Positions 1 through 10,132 of a stretch of 64,000 nucleotides of DNA are shown piece by piece. The translations under genes and the position numbers were made by a program. This stretch comes from Phaeosaccion multiseriatum (taxonomy: Eukaryota > Protista > Ochrophyta, other classes). The DNA lies in assembly GCA_965112735.1 (NCBI GenBank), contig OZ218955.1:682001-746000 (forward strand), in the 5' to 3' direction. Each line of letters begins with the position of its first letter. Position 1 is the first letter of the stretch. Under the pieces are notes generated by a model, which worked only from the letters and a program-made list of their open reading frames with translations, had not been told where the DNA came from and did not search any database.

Positions 1-3000
1 CTTCTCGCGTTCGGCCAAAGACCTTCTTAAATGCGATGCTGGAGCACACTTCGGCAACGTGAAACAGGAGCAGCGCCACTGGCAAGAGCAGAGTCTGCGT
101 GTCGAAGCGGCTCCAGATGGCGATTTGCGGCCGGTCCAGGCCTACGTCTCCGCTGGCGTAGAAGTCGGTGATGGGCTGCTGGAAGAGATGAAGGAACTCG
201 TAGGGAACGATGGCGCAGCAAAACAGCCTGGCGACATGCACTGCCACAACAAGCATGCTCAGCAGGGTACGCATTCCCAACCTCCTTCCTCCCCTCGCCC
301 GCCACCCCTGCTCCTCCTCGTCTGCACCTGCTCCATGGTGCTCGCTCTTCTTCACCTTCTCGCGCCCCTTTCCTCGGTTGTACGTTGTGGCGGGCGAGAC
401 CCGGGCAGGCAGGCCTGTCATTATGGCCCCCTCGGGTACCTCGGCTCCCTCAGGCACGCAGGAGCAGGAGGTGATGAGCGCACGACGTCCCAGGGAGGCG
501 CCCGCCCCAATGATGGTCTTGTCGCCAAGCGTGGCGCCTTCACCGACGGAGCAGCCCAGCAGTACGCCAGTGCCACTACAGGGCATTGGGCAGTGATTGC
601 AGATTGCCAGTAGAGGGGGAAGAGGAAGGAGGAGAGAGAATCGGAAGGAAGAAGCTTGTTGGACGAGGCGGCCGGTCGGAAGATAAACGACAGACATAGA
701 CACTACTGAGCCATCGCATGCACTGGCCTTAGTCAGCTCCCCCACCCCCCAGACTTACCTGCTCTCTGTGTGGAGCGTCAGGCCGCTCCCTAAGAAGGCG
801 TTTGCCCCAATGTCCAGCGTGTCAGGGTCACTGAGCACCACTGCACCGCCGATGGACGCACTCCAGCTGATGGACGCGCCAAGGAGCTTGTACCACAAGA
901 CCATCAGCTCCGTGCCGGAGAAGAAGCTCATCATGAGCAGGTGCGAGAGTCCTGTCAGCCGATTGGCAGTCTCCCGACGGGCGAGCGCACAGGTAGACAT
1001 GTCATTCATTTGCCGACCCTTGCTCAGTTTGCCGACGAGCACCCACTTCAAGACCACGCCCACGATCACGGCAGTAGTGCTGATGATTGCCAACCAGAGG
1101 AAGAGCAGGAGGATACCAGTGTAGCGCCCAGCGCTGACCTTGTTGGAAGCCTCTAGCTGGAATGCGATTGCCGCCAGGAAGCCTGGCAGGAGCGTGATGG
1201 CTAAGCACGTGCCAAGCAACATGAGCTGCATCCAGCCCTTGGATGCCAGCGCTGGTCCTCTGATAGGGGGCTGTTGAGGCGGTATGCGAATCGCCGCTGG
1301 ATTGCCCTCGTAGAGTCGCGCTCCCGCGAGCCGCGTGCCAGAGGGCACCGTCGCTTTCACTCCAATGGTGACATTGTCCTCAAGCCTCGCTCCTCCGTGG
1401 ACAGAGCTCACTGCTCCCAAGTCGCAGCCAGATCCGATCACCACCTGCATGCCGGACATGGAGGGGATATGGAGTGCAGATGGGGGTATCGTCACTATTG
1501 GCTCTGCAGACAACGATGGGAAGTGTGTGCATCCAAAGGTAGGCGCCACATACCGACACCGCCTGCTGCTGGCAGTAGCTACTTGGGCTCCCGCTCGCTC
1601 ACCTTGTCGTAGCTGATCCTCATGTCCCCAATCAGTGTCTTGGGGGAGATCATGACACTATCGCTCACAAGGCAGTTGTCGCCAATGTGTACCAAGTCAA
1701 ACTCGCTCAGGCGCACCTGCAAACAACAACGAGGATCAAGCAGCAGGGAAAGAGGACGACAAGCAAAGAGTGCTTTAGCTGCCGCCCGCTTCGTCTGCTT
1801 TGCTTCTTGCCACCTCCTCGCCCCGCACCGCACGAATAGCCCGGTAGACTACGGGCAGGTGGTTCCGTGGTTCCTTCTTACGGGTCACGTACCCCTGTCA
1901 GATCGCATCCGTCGCCGATGTGAGCTCCCATCATGCGGTACAGAGGCACGAGTACGACGGAGTCCGAGAGGGCAATCCCGACCAGCGGGTGGAAGAAGTA
2001 GTCCAGATACGTCTCCACAACCCAGCTGAGACGCGAGCGGAAGGTGAGGGGGGAGAGTGAGAGTGGGGGCACTGTCAAGCTGATACAAGCTTTGCGAACT
2101 TCTACCTCCACCACAAGGACTCGTTCGATGGACTCTTGCGATCCTTCCCTTATCCAGCGCTTTCCTCTTCCCCCCCAATCCTCCAGTCCAGCCAGGTCTT
2201 ACCAGCGCAAATGGTACGTGCTGTAGACCTTGTACACGCCCGCTTGGTACGTCCCCACGATGCTCCACTTCACCAGGGGGGCAGCCAAGAGGGCCAAAGC
2301 TGCCGTGACCACCAAACCGACCAGGTTACCGAGGAGGATCGCAAGGTAGTCGCTCGTGACGAGAGCGTCCCGACGGGTGCCCGTGCTGGCTAGGCCTTCC
2401 TGGAGCTCTAGAAGCTTCAAGACCTGCAGAGCACCTATGCGGCAGTGTTACTCAGTCAATCGAATCAGGATCGGCTGAGGATTGCAATTCTCACTACTTT
2501 ACCGTACCTGGAACAAGTTGATGAGAGGGAAGCCCGACACTGCGGTCCCCACGCTCAGCGAAACCTTCCCAAGTAAGACGATGACGACGAACATGATGGC
2601 CAGCCACGCCAAGCCCTGCGCTGCGGCCACAGTCGCCAGCCTGAAGGCCGTGTAGCCCAACTCGGCCTTGCGATGGGCAGGCATGTGCGCATCGGAGGCG
2701 TGCTGCCACTCCCGATCAGCGTTGCTGACAGAACTAGCCGCCCCGCTCGGCGAAGGCTTCTCCTGTGCGTCTACTCGAGCCGTGCCCTCCCCGAGCGTCA
2801 CACAGGCCTCGCTGATGAAGCTCGAGAGCGCATTCAATGTCGGCATATCGAAAACTGCGGCAGGAGTGATGATAGATCGAAGGCTCTCGTCCCTGCCCTC
2901 TCCGCCCGCTCGCTCGTCGCCTTCGTCTCCTTCAATAGCGTCGACCACTCGCGTCACCACCTCTGTAACCGCGACGGAATCGTATGCCACCGCCTCCAGC

Positions 3001-6000
3001 ACGTTCGGGTCCGGATCAGTGGCAAGCTTACCCCCCGTGGCACCGGAGACGCTCTCTACGGCGCTCATGACGATGTGCCTCACGGATGCCTCTCGCTCCA
3101 ATGGCGAAACTGCCAGCAGCTCACCCATCCTCCCCGGTGCACCGAGCGGCTCGGTAGAAGCACCCGCAGCCCTAGCAGCCAGAGCTCGGGGAAGCGGGAA
3201 AGAGCGGGGCGTCTGGTATCCTGTCCATGCCCTTCGCTGTGGCTTGGCAGCAACTATGGCGAAGTGCTGTGCCAATGCGTCAGTTGCGGGCACCTGCCCC
3301 TGCAGAATGCAATGCGCGTTGAATCCACCCAACCCAAAGGAGTTGACACCGGCGACCAAGCCCTCTTTGTCACTGCAGCATGCTGCCAAGTCAGTCATCT
3401 GCGTCGGGAGCACTACGGGCAGCCCTTCGAGCTTCAGCATTGGATTGACCTCCTCGAGGTGCAGGTTGGGAGGCGCTGCCCCATGCTCCAGCACCAAGAT
3501 GGCCTTGATGAGCTGCGCCATTCCCGAGGCACCCTCCATGTGGCCCAGCGTCGTCTTGACAGTGCCCACCACAAGGGGAGACTGGGGGGGTCGAAGGCCT
3601 GCATACACGGCCTTCAGAGCACCTGTATAGCACAGGAGAGGGCAGGAGAGGGGTGGAGAGGAGAGGAGAGGAGAGAAGAAGTGGGACGAGCAGAGGAGAA
3701 GACAGGAGAGGAGAGGAGAGAAGAGCAGAGAAGAAGAGGAGAGAAGAGAGGAGGGGAGGAGACGAGAGCGGAGGAGAGGGGAACATCACTTTACGATAGT
3801 ACAGCCCGTAGGGCCATAGCTCCGAGCTCCATGACAACGAGCAAAAGGACCGAGCCGAAGAGGGGCTGACGTACCCATCTCGATGGCGTCACCCGTGACG
3901 GTGGCCGTGGCGTGCGCCTCTACGTAGGACACGTCGCTGCCCCTGTAGCCGGCGCGGGAGAGAGCCACAGTAGCCACACTCTTCTGCGCCACTCCTTTGG
4001 GGGCGGAGAGGGAGCTACTGACCCCACTGTGGCTTACCGCCGTCGCCTTGATAGTGGCGAGGATACGGTCGCCATTGAGCTTCGCATCCGCTGAACGTTT
4101 GAGCACCAGCGCTCCACAACCCTCGGCTCGAACGTAACCGTCCGCAGTGGCGTCCAGAGATTTGCAGCGTCTGACGGGAGATCAGAACAAACGATCCATG
4201 GTTGCAAGCGCAGTGAGGTTAAGTAGCCCAGGCTTGGAAAAATGGACAAGCGCAGTCAATGGAAGGCTGTGGCAAAGTCAAACTCACCCTAGTTTGGAGA
4301 GGAGTCCTGCCTTGTCGAGTGCTCCGAAAGTCTGGCGATGCAGCAGAAGATTGACACCCCCCACCACCGCGCCGCTGCATTTGCCCAGCACAAGATTGTT
4401 GCAAGCCGTGTCAAGTGCCACAAGAGCAGAGGGGCATCCCGTGTCGATGGTCTGGCAATTGCCCGTGAGGCCCAGCGTGTGCGATATGCGGCCCGCCACG
4501 CACGCTGCGCTCCCCCCGACGAGGGAGTATGCGCTTTGCTTTGCGCCGCTCTCCTGCTGAAGCACGTTCCACTCTGCTCCGGACTTGCCGATGAACACCC
4601 CGATATCCAGGCCGTGCAGACTCTCTAGCCCCTTGTCGAATCCCGCCCTGTACAGGGCCTCGTACGCAGTCTCCAGCATGATACGCTGGCTGGGGTCGAG
4701 CGCTTCCGCCTCCGCTGGAGAGATGCTGAAGAAGGCGTTGTCGAACTTGTCGACACCATCGATAAAGCCACCTTTGCACAAGAGAGGGCGTCAGAGGTGA
4801 GAGGGGGAGGGAGGGCGAGGGAGAGGGAGAGGGAAAGAGAGAGAAAGGGACATCAGAGGAGGGAGGGGGAGGGGGGGAGGGAGAGGGAGAGGGAGAGAGA
4901 GAGAGAGAGGGAGCGGGAAAGGGAAAGGGAGAGGGAGAGGGAGAGGGGGAGGGGGAGGGGGAGGGAGAGGGGGAGGGGGAGGGGGAGGGGGGGGGAGAGG
5001 GAGAGGGAACGGGAAAGGGAAAGGGAAAGGGAAAGGGAAGGAGGGAGGGAGAGGGAGAGGGAGAGGGAGAGGGGGAGGGAGAGGGAGAGGGCGAGGGCGA
5101 GGGAGAGGGAGAGAGAGAGGGAGAGGGAGAGGGAGAAATGGAAATCACCCACCCGACTGTGTTTGTTTGCAATGCAATCAACCAACTCAACCGATTCATG
5201 TACAAGCCCCTCACCTTGGATTCCGGCCCCCAGGCCTCGCTCGGGCGGAGCTTCGGAGACGCAGTCCTGCTCGGAACACAGCTTGACCCAGAGCTCCTCC
5301 GGGCTGTTGCAGCCCCCCGGGAAGCGGCACGACATCCCGATGACCGCAATGTCCCCGTCACCAGCCGCTTCAGCTTCAACTTGCAGAGGAACGGAAATCG
5401 AGTCAGTCCCACTCGCGCTTCTCTCGTCCCCGTACAGCGCTTCGTGGAGATGCGCTGCCAGCAAGGCGGGTGTGGGGAAGTCGAAGAACGCTGTAGCCTC
5501 AATGTCCAAGGCCCTTCCGTCCGCCGCGCTGCTGTACAAAAGGTCCTCCAGTGTCTGCGCCAGCCCAGCCAGTCCCTCCGACGTGATGCCTGCGTCCATG
5601 AAGCGGTCAGTGGCCCGCAGGCCGGGGTTGCCGGATGCCTCTCTGGCAGAGTCGACCACTCGCTCGAGGATGAACGCCACGCGAGCAGCCTTGACCACTC
5701 CTTCAATGCCTTCTTTCATCACCGGCATGCCATCCGCTGCATGCTCCGTGCTGCTACTGCTTCTGTCCACCGTTTTCGCTTGCATCAGCGCCGGTATGTT
5801 ACGAAGTGGCCCATTCGAAGGGTTGGTGCTGTCCACCGCCCCGTCTCCCCCACTCGCCACTGTCTCGGCCGTGAGTTCGTATACCGTATGCAGCTCGTCC
5901 GCGTGAAGTGCCTGCCTTGTCGCCCGCCTTCGGATCTTGCCGCTCGTGGTCTTGGGGATGGTCTTCTGCTTGATGGCCATTACTCTAGCCGCCTTGAGGC

Positions 6001-8785
6001 CAAATGAGGACGAAAGCATGGCTTGAGCGGCCTCCACCACTGCCCGGGTCTCGCTCTCTCGCTCCTGACGGATCTCGAACACCACCTCCAGCACGCCGTC
6101 CCCTCCCGTCTCGTCGGAGGAGAAGGCCGCCACACAGCCCTGCCGAATGGCATCAGAGGCCTCTTGAACGGCGAACTCGATGTCCTGCGGGTAGTGGTTG
6201 ACCCCATTGAAGATGATGAGGTCCTTGATGCGGCCGCAGATATACAGCAAACCCTCCTCCACAAAGCCCACGTCGCCTGTCCGTAGGTACTGGCGAGGAG
6301 GCAAGCTGTCACTGCCCCCGGCCCCACCCTGGAGAGAGAGCTTCGCCTGGAACACCTCCTTCGACAGCTCGGGCTTGCCCCAGTACCCGGCGGCGACAGA
6401 GGGAGAGGAGACCCAGACCTCTCCCGTGGCTCCTGCTTCGCCGACCTCGCCCATGGTGTCGGGATTGACGATTCGAATGTCCACAAATTCTGCTCTCTCG
6501 CTCGGGGAGCCGACGCTGGTGAGGTCGGGGCGAGAAAGCGATCGATCGAGGACAGAGGTCCAGGAGACTGGGGAAAGTGTGCAATGGGGTGGGGAAGGCG
6601 AGAGAACGAGTGAATTAGTCTTTGGACCGATTCCTACTCTGAGAGAGAATGAAATGTACCACCGCCTGTCCCTTCGCCTCGACCCGGCCCCCCTTCTGTG
6701 CAGACTTCTTACCTAAAACCACGTGCTCAGCGAGCCCGTACGCAGCCGAGAACCACCTTACAGTGCACAAGTCACAGAGAGCGAGGCACGTACAAGGGAG
6801 AGGTATGAGGTTAGAAACCACTCACCGGGCTGAAAAAAGGGGGGAGCACGGAGGATGTCGTGACAGGTCTCTCGAGCTCAAGCGCAGTCATAGCTCCTGC
6901 CGCACACTCACTCACCCCTGCCGGAGGCCGAAAGGCAGGAAGGCCCCTTCGAACCTCTCCACCGTCTCCGCTCGGATTGGCTCGGCTCCCGACTGCAGCA
7001 CGACCACGCAGGACAGATCCAGCTTGGGCTCCTTGCGAGTGCCGCGCACCTTGGCCATGTACCGGGCGCAGAGGGCATAGGCGAAGTCGGGGGCGACGGA
7101 CCACTCCACTCGGTGTCGAGAGATGAGCTCCAGCCAGAGCAGGGGCCGCCTGATGAAGCTCACGGGGGACATGTAGTGCATAGTCATGCCCGTCAGGAAG
7201 GGGGTGAGGAGGCCGAGTACGAGACCCATGTCCTGTGGGAGGGGCACCAAGCCAGCACAGACAGGTCCACCAGAGAAGGGGAGGGGGTAGGACGGGGCAG
7301 AGATTGGAGAGCGATTGAGCAACAAAGGCAAGCCTAGAAGCAAAACAAAGCAGCACCGAGGGGTGTCACAGCCACAGCGTCGCACACACTCGGCGCCTCG
7401 CTCCTGGTCGTCCGTTTCCTATGTTTCTCCCCTCCCGCGGTTTGTTGTCTATAGCCACCCTTGCCCCTCCCTCGCCCCCTCTTTACTACTCACATGATAC
7501 TGGGGCAACCACGAGAAGCCAATCGCGGGCAGGTTATGGATCCGCCTGCCGCTAGGTGCAACTTCCGTGGTGGGACCGCTGTAGCTCGCCTCAGACTGGT
7601 GTGAGGAGGAGTCTCCAGCCTTCTTGTCCGAGGGCCACAGGCGGACCATGCCCGTAGCGGGGTGGCAGCCGATGAGATATACGTTGGCCATGAGCGCTCC
7701 GAAGGTTACCATGACGCCCTTGGGGTCACCGGTGGAGCCGCTGGTGTACTGCAGGAAGGCCAGGTCCTCTTCCGTCACGCCCGGCTCGTCAAAGCTCCTC
7801 GCCGACGAGGAGGAGGTGGAGGAAGAGAAGAAGCTCTGGAGCAATCCTCCATCGGTGGCCTTAAAGTCGAGGGCCTCAGGCCACAGCTTGCTGGAGTCAG
7901 AGAGTGGATTGGCCCTGTCCACTTTGCGCAGAGCTGCAATCTTGGAGTCGGTGAGGCACAGCAGGGGCTTACAGTCCGCCACGATCTTGCTCATCTTGGG
8001 CAGTGACTTGGACAGGGGAGGAGCAGGCGGGTACACCATCACCGCCACCACGCCCGCTCTGAAGCAGCCCAGGAAGGCGGCCAAGAAGTGCAGGCCCGGC
8101 CCGTAGCACAGCACCACCATGCTGCCCTTGGGCACGCCCCACTCCTCGCGCAGCGTGTAGGCAATCTTGCCCGCCTGAGGAAGGGTTGGGAGAAGAACGT
8201 TCGCATCTTGGGCTGATTATCACAAAGAGTCTAGGAGTGCCGGGGGGGGGTAAGGTGCAAGACTACAGCACACCAGCAGCAGCTGAATCGGCATGAGAGA
8301 GCAAGCAACAAGGGTATCAACACCTCCACGGAATGTTTGGTCGTTGCGTTGCTTACCTCATCCCACATGCGTCTGAAGCTGTACCTCTCCGCCTCTTTGC
8401 CCTTGCCATCGTACCAAAAGGCAAAGGGCTTGTCGCCGAGCTTAGCAACAGCCTCGTGAGCCCTCCTCAGTAGAGGAGCGAGAGAAGAAGAGGCCGCGAC
8501 TCCTTCGTCGATTCCGCCTCGTTGTTCCTCCTTTTCGTCGCCTGCTGGAGAGTCTCGCTCCCACAAGACTTGTTGCGTCACCCCCCCCGTTGGAACTTTA
8601 TGACGACCTTCCTCACCCTTGGAACCTTCATTTCCATTGGCGTGGCGGGGGAGGAGGAGGGGCTTCGTCTTCCGGCCATCCCCTCTGCCTGCTGCTGCAC
8701 GGCCTGTGGCGGCTGCCGCTGCTGCTGTCTCTCCGGGCGGCACCCCTCCTAGGGCATCGCCCCCTCCTCGTCCACCATGATCCAT
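1..8785 (-). CDS. Hybrid membrane megasynthase: fatty acyl-AMP ligase (FAAL)-ACP-ketosynthase-ACP-Pls-like transmembrane/beta-helix ('NRPS terminal') region; 3' end lies beyond the window
   Basis: Phase-consistent exons: 8785-8357, 8174-7494, 7232-6916, 6756-6713, 6567-5215, 4771-4288, 4170-3875, 3622-2508, 2423-2203, 2025-1893, 1716-1603, 1444-759, 575-1 (6,448 nt, no internal stop). FAAL motifs: [69 protein letters not shown]1 GITS (Ser 5579-5581) with FDFPT. KS: [57 protein letters not shown]2 YDS (Ser 2976-2978) with FDMPT. Then TM pairs followed by [52 protein letters not shown], hexapeptide-like repeats ending YEGNPA/MTGLPA, and a third TM pair ending FKKVFG. Confidence 0.9.
4798..5136. 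repeat. (GAGAGG/GAGGGG)n purine microsatellite in intron 5 of the megasynthase
   Basis: Directly visible. It forms a long polypyrimidine tract on the coding (minus) strand. Confidence 0.95.
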
Positions 8786-8906
8786 TTCCTCACTTTTTGT
8801 TCCCTTCAGCACCACTAGAAGCAAGAAGTTGTTTACTTTTAAGTTGGGTGAGAAGAGGAAGAAAGGGAAAAAAAACCGTTAAAGAAGAAATGTGTGTGTG
8901 GGGGGG

Positions 8907-9081
8907 TACGAATGGCGAACATAGAATATTTCCAAGGGGTTTTCTGCGGCCGCCCAAACGACTAAACGACTATATGAGCAAAACAACGGCAGTGGGCCTA
9001 ATTTCTAATTTCCAAGAAGTAATGGGGGATACGAATGGCGGAGCATAGATATCTGAAGGGGTTTTCTGCGGCCGTCCAAAC
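8907..9081. repeat. Imperfect ~53-bp direct repeat (8907-8959 and 9030-9081) upstream of the megasynthase start
   Basis: TACGAATGGCG...AGGGGTTTTCTGCGGCCG(C/T)CCAAAC is present twice. Confidence 0.85.
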
Positions 9082-9097
9082 TTTCTTACGTAATCGA

Positions 9098-9287
9098 TCG
9101 GGCCCTGACAAGGTTCTGAGGCGATCCAAACGGGGAACCTGGCCCGCTGGCGAGGCTTGGCAGAGCAGCCTTGGCTGGCCCTCATCGTTGCCTTGTTGCA
9201 TGGCTTTCCCCCAGAACCTGGAACCTGGCCGGCTGGCGCCGGTCAGAACCTGGAACCTGGTCGCCCCAGAACCTTGTCAGGGGCCGA
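9098..9287. mobile_element. MITE-like element with 27-bp terminal inverted repeats
   Basis: 9098-9124 matches the reverse complement of 9261-9287 at 25/27 nt. Internal CAGAACCTGGAACCTGG repeats; related fragment at 21086-21120. No clear target-site duplication. Confidence 0.55.
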
Positions 9288-10132
9288 GCATTCCATAGCA
9301 GCAGTCAAGCAGGGAGGGATCGACTTTACAAGTATAGCTAGAAGTAATAAAGGGAGGAGTTCGGCGTGGGGCGGAGCAGTGAAGGGAGGAGCAGCAAAGC
9401 AGGAGCAGGAGCAGCACAGGAGCAGCACAGCGCAGTGGCAACAGGGGTGTGAAATGTATGGGCCGCTCATATGCCTCCAGCATTCGATCAGGCACCCCTG
9501 CGAGTAGGCGGTGCATTTTGTGCTTCTTGTTAGCCTCCGAGCCAGGGCAGTGACGACCCTTCCCTAACAGCTCTCAGTAGCCACCTAGTGGCCTACCGCT
9601 CACTCCAAGTTCTCTGAGATGTGCGCACGGACTGATCAAGTGGAGCGTGTGTTTTTAACAGACGTTGCTAAAATCCTTGTCCTTGTCCTTCCATGTCCTG
9701 CCTGGCTGTATGTCTGTGTCCTTATCACCTTTGCCTCCTACACGGCCTTGTCCCTCCCCTTTGCCCCCTACACGGCCTCATTCCCCCCTCCCCCCCTGCC
9801 ATGCATGCCTCCCTCCGCGTCCAGTGCCATCCCTACCTGCTGTGCTCCTTTCTGCACCTCGTACTTGGCCTCTCGCTGCGTGCTCGACACGCTGCCTGCA
9901 TCAGGTAAGCCGCATCCCCCTTGTCCTCTCTGGCCCCTCCCTCTGCCACGACTCTTCGGCCTCCCTCTCTCCCTTCCTCGCTCCTTCCTCCTCCCTCCTC
10001 CCTCTTCCCTGTCCTTCCCGTCCGCTCCTCCTCCCCTCTCCCCCCCCTCCCCCTAGGCCATCCCGTCCGTGAGCAGCAGCGTCACCAGCACCTGTACCAC
10101 CGGGCTTGCAGTGATGTCAAGACCCGGGCACT

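Noticed and set aside
59-613. Plus-strand ORFs 59-613 and 210-596
   Set aside because: They are antisense shadows of the megasynthase exon 575-1, which the ORF track misses because it runs off the window.
5890-8480. Amino-acid-activating NRPS A domain (true poly-lysine synthetase)
   Set aside because: The motifs (LQYTSGST, WLPxYHDMGL, GRx[15 protein letters not shown]) are FAAL-type, and a KS follows.
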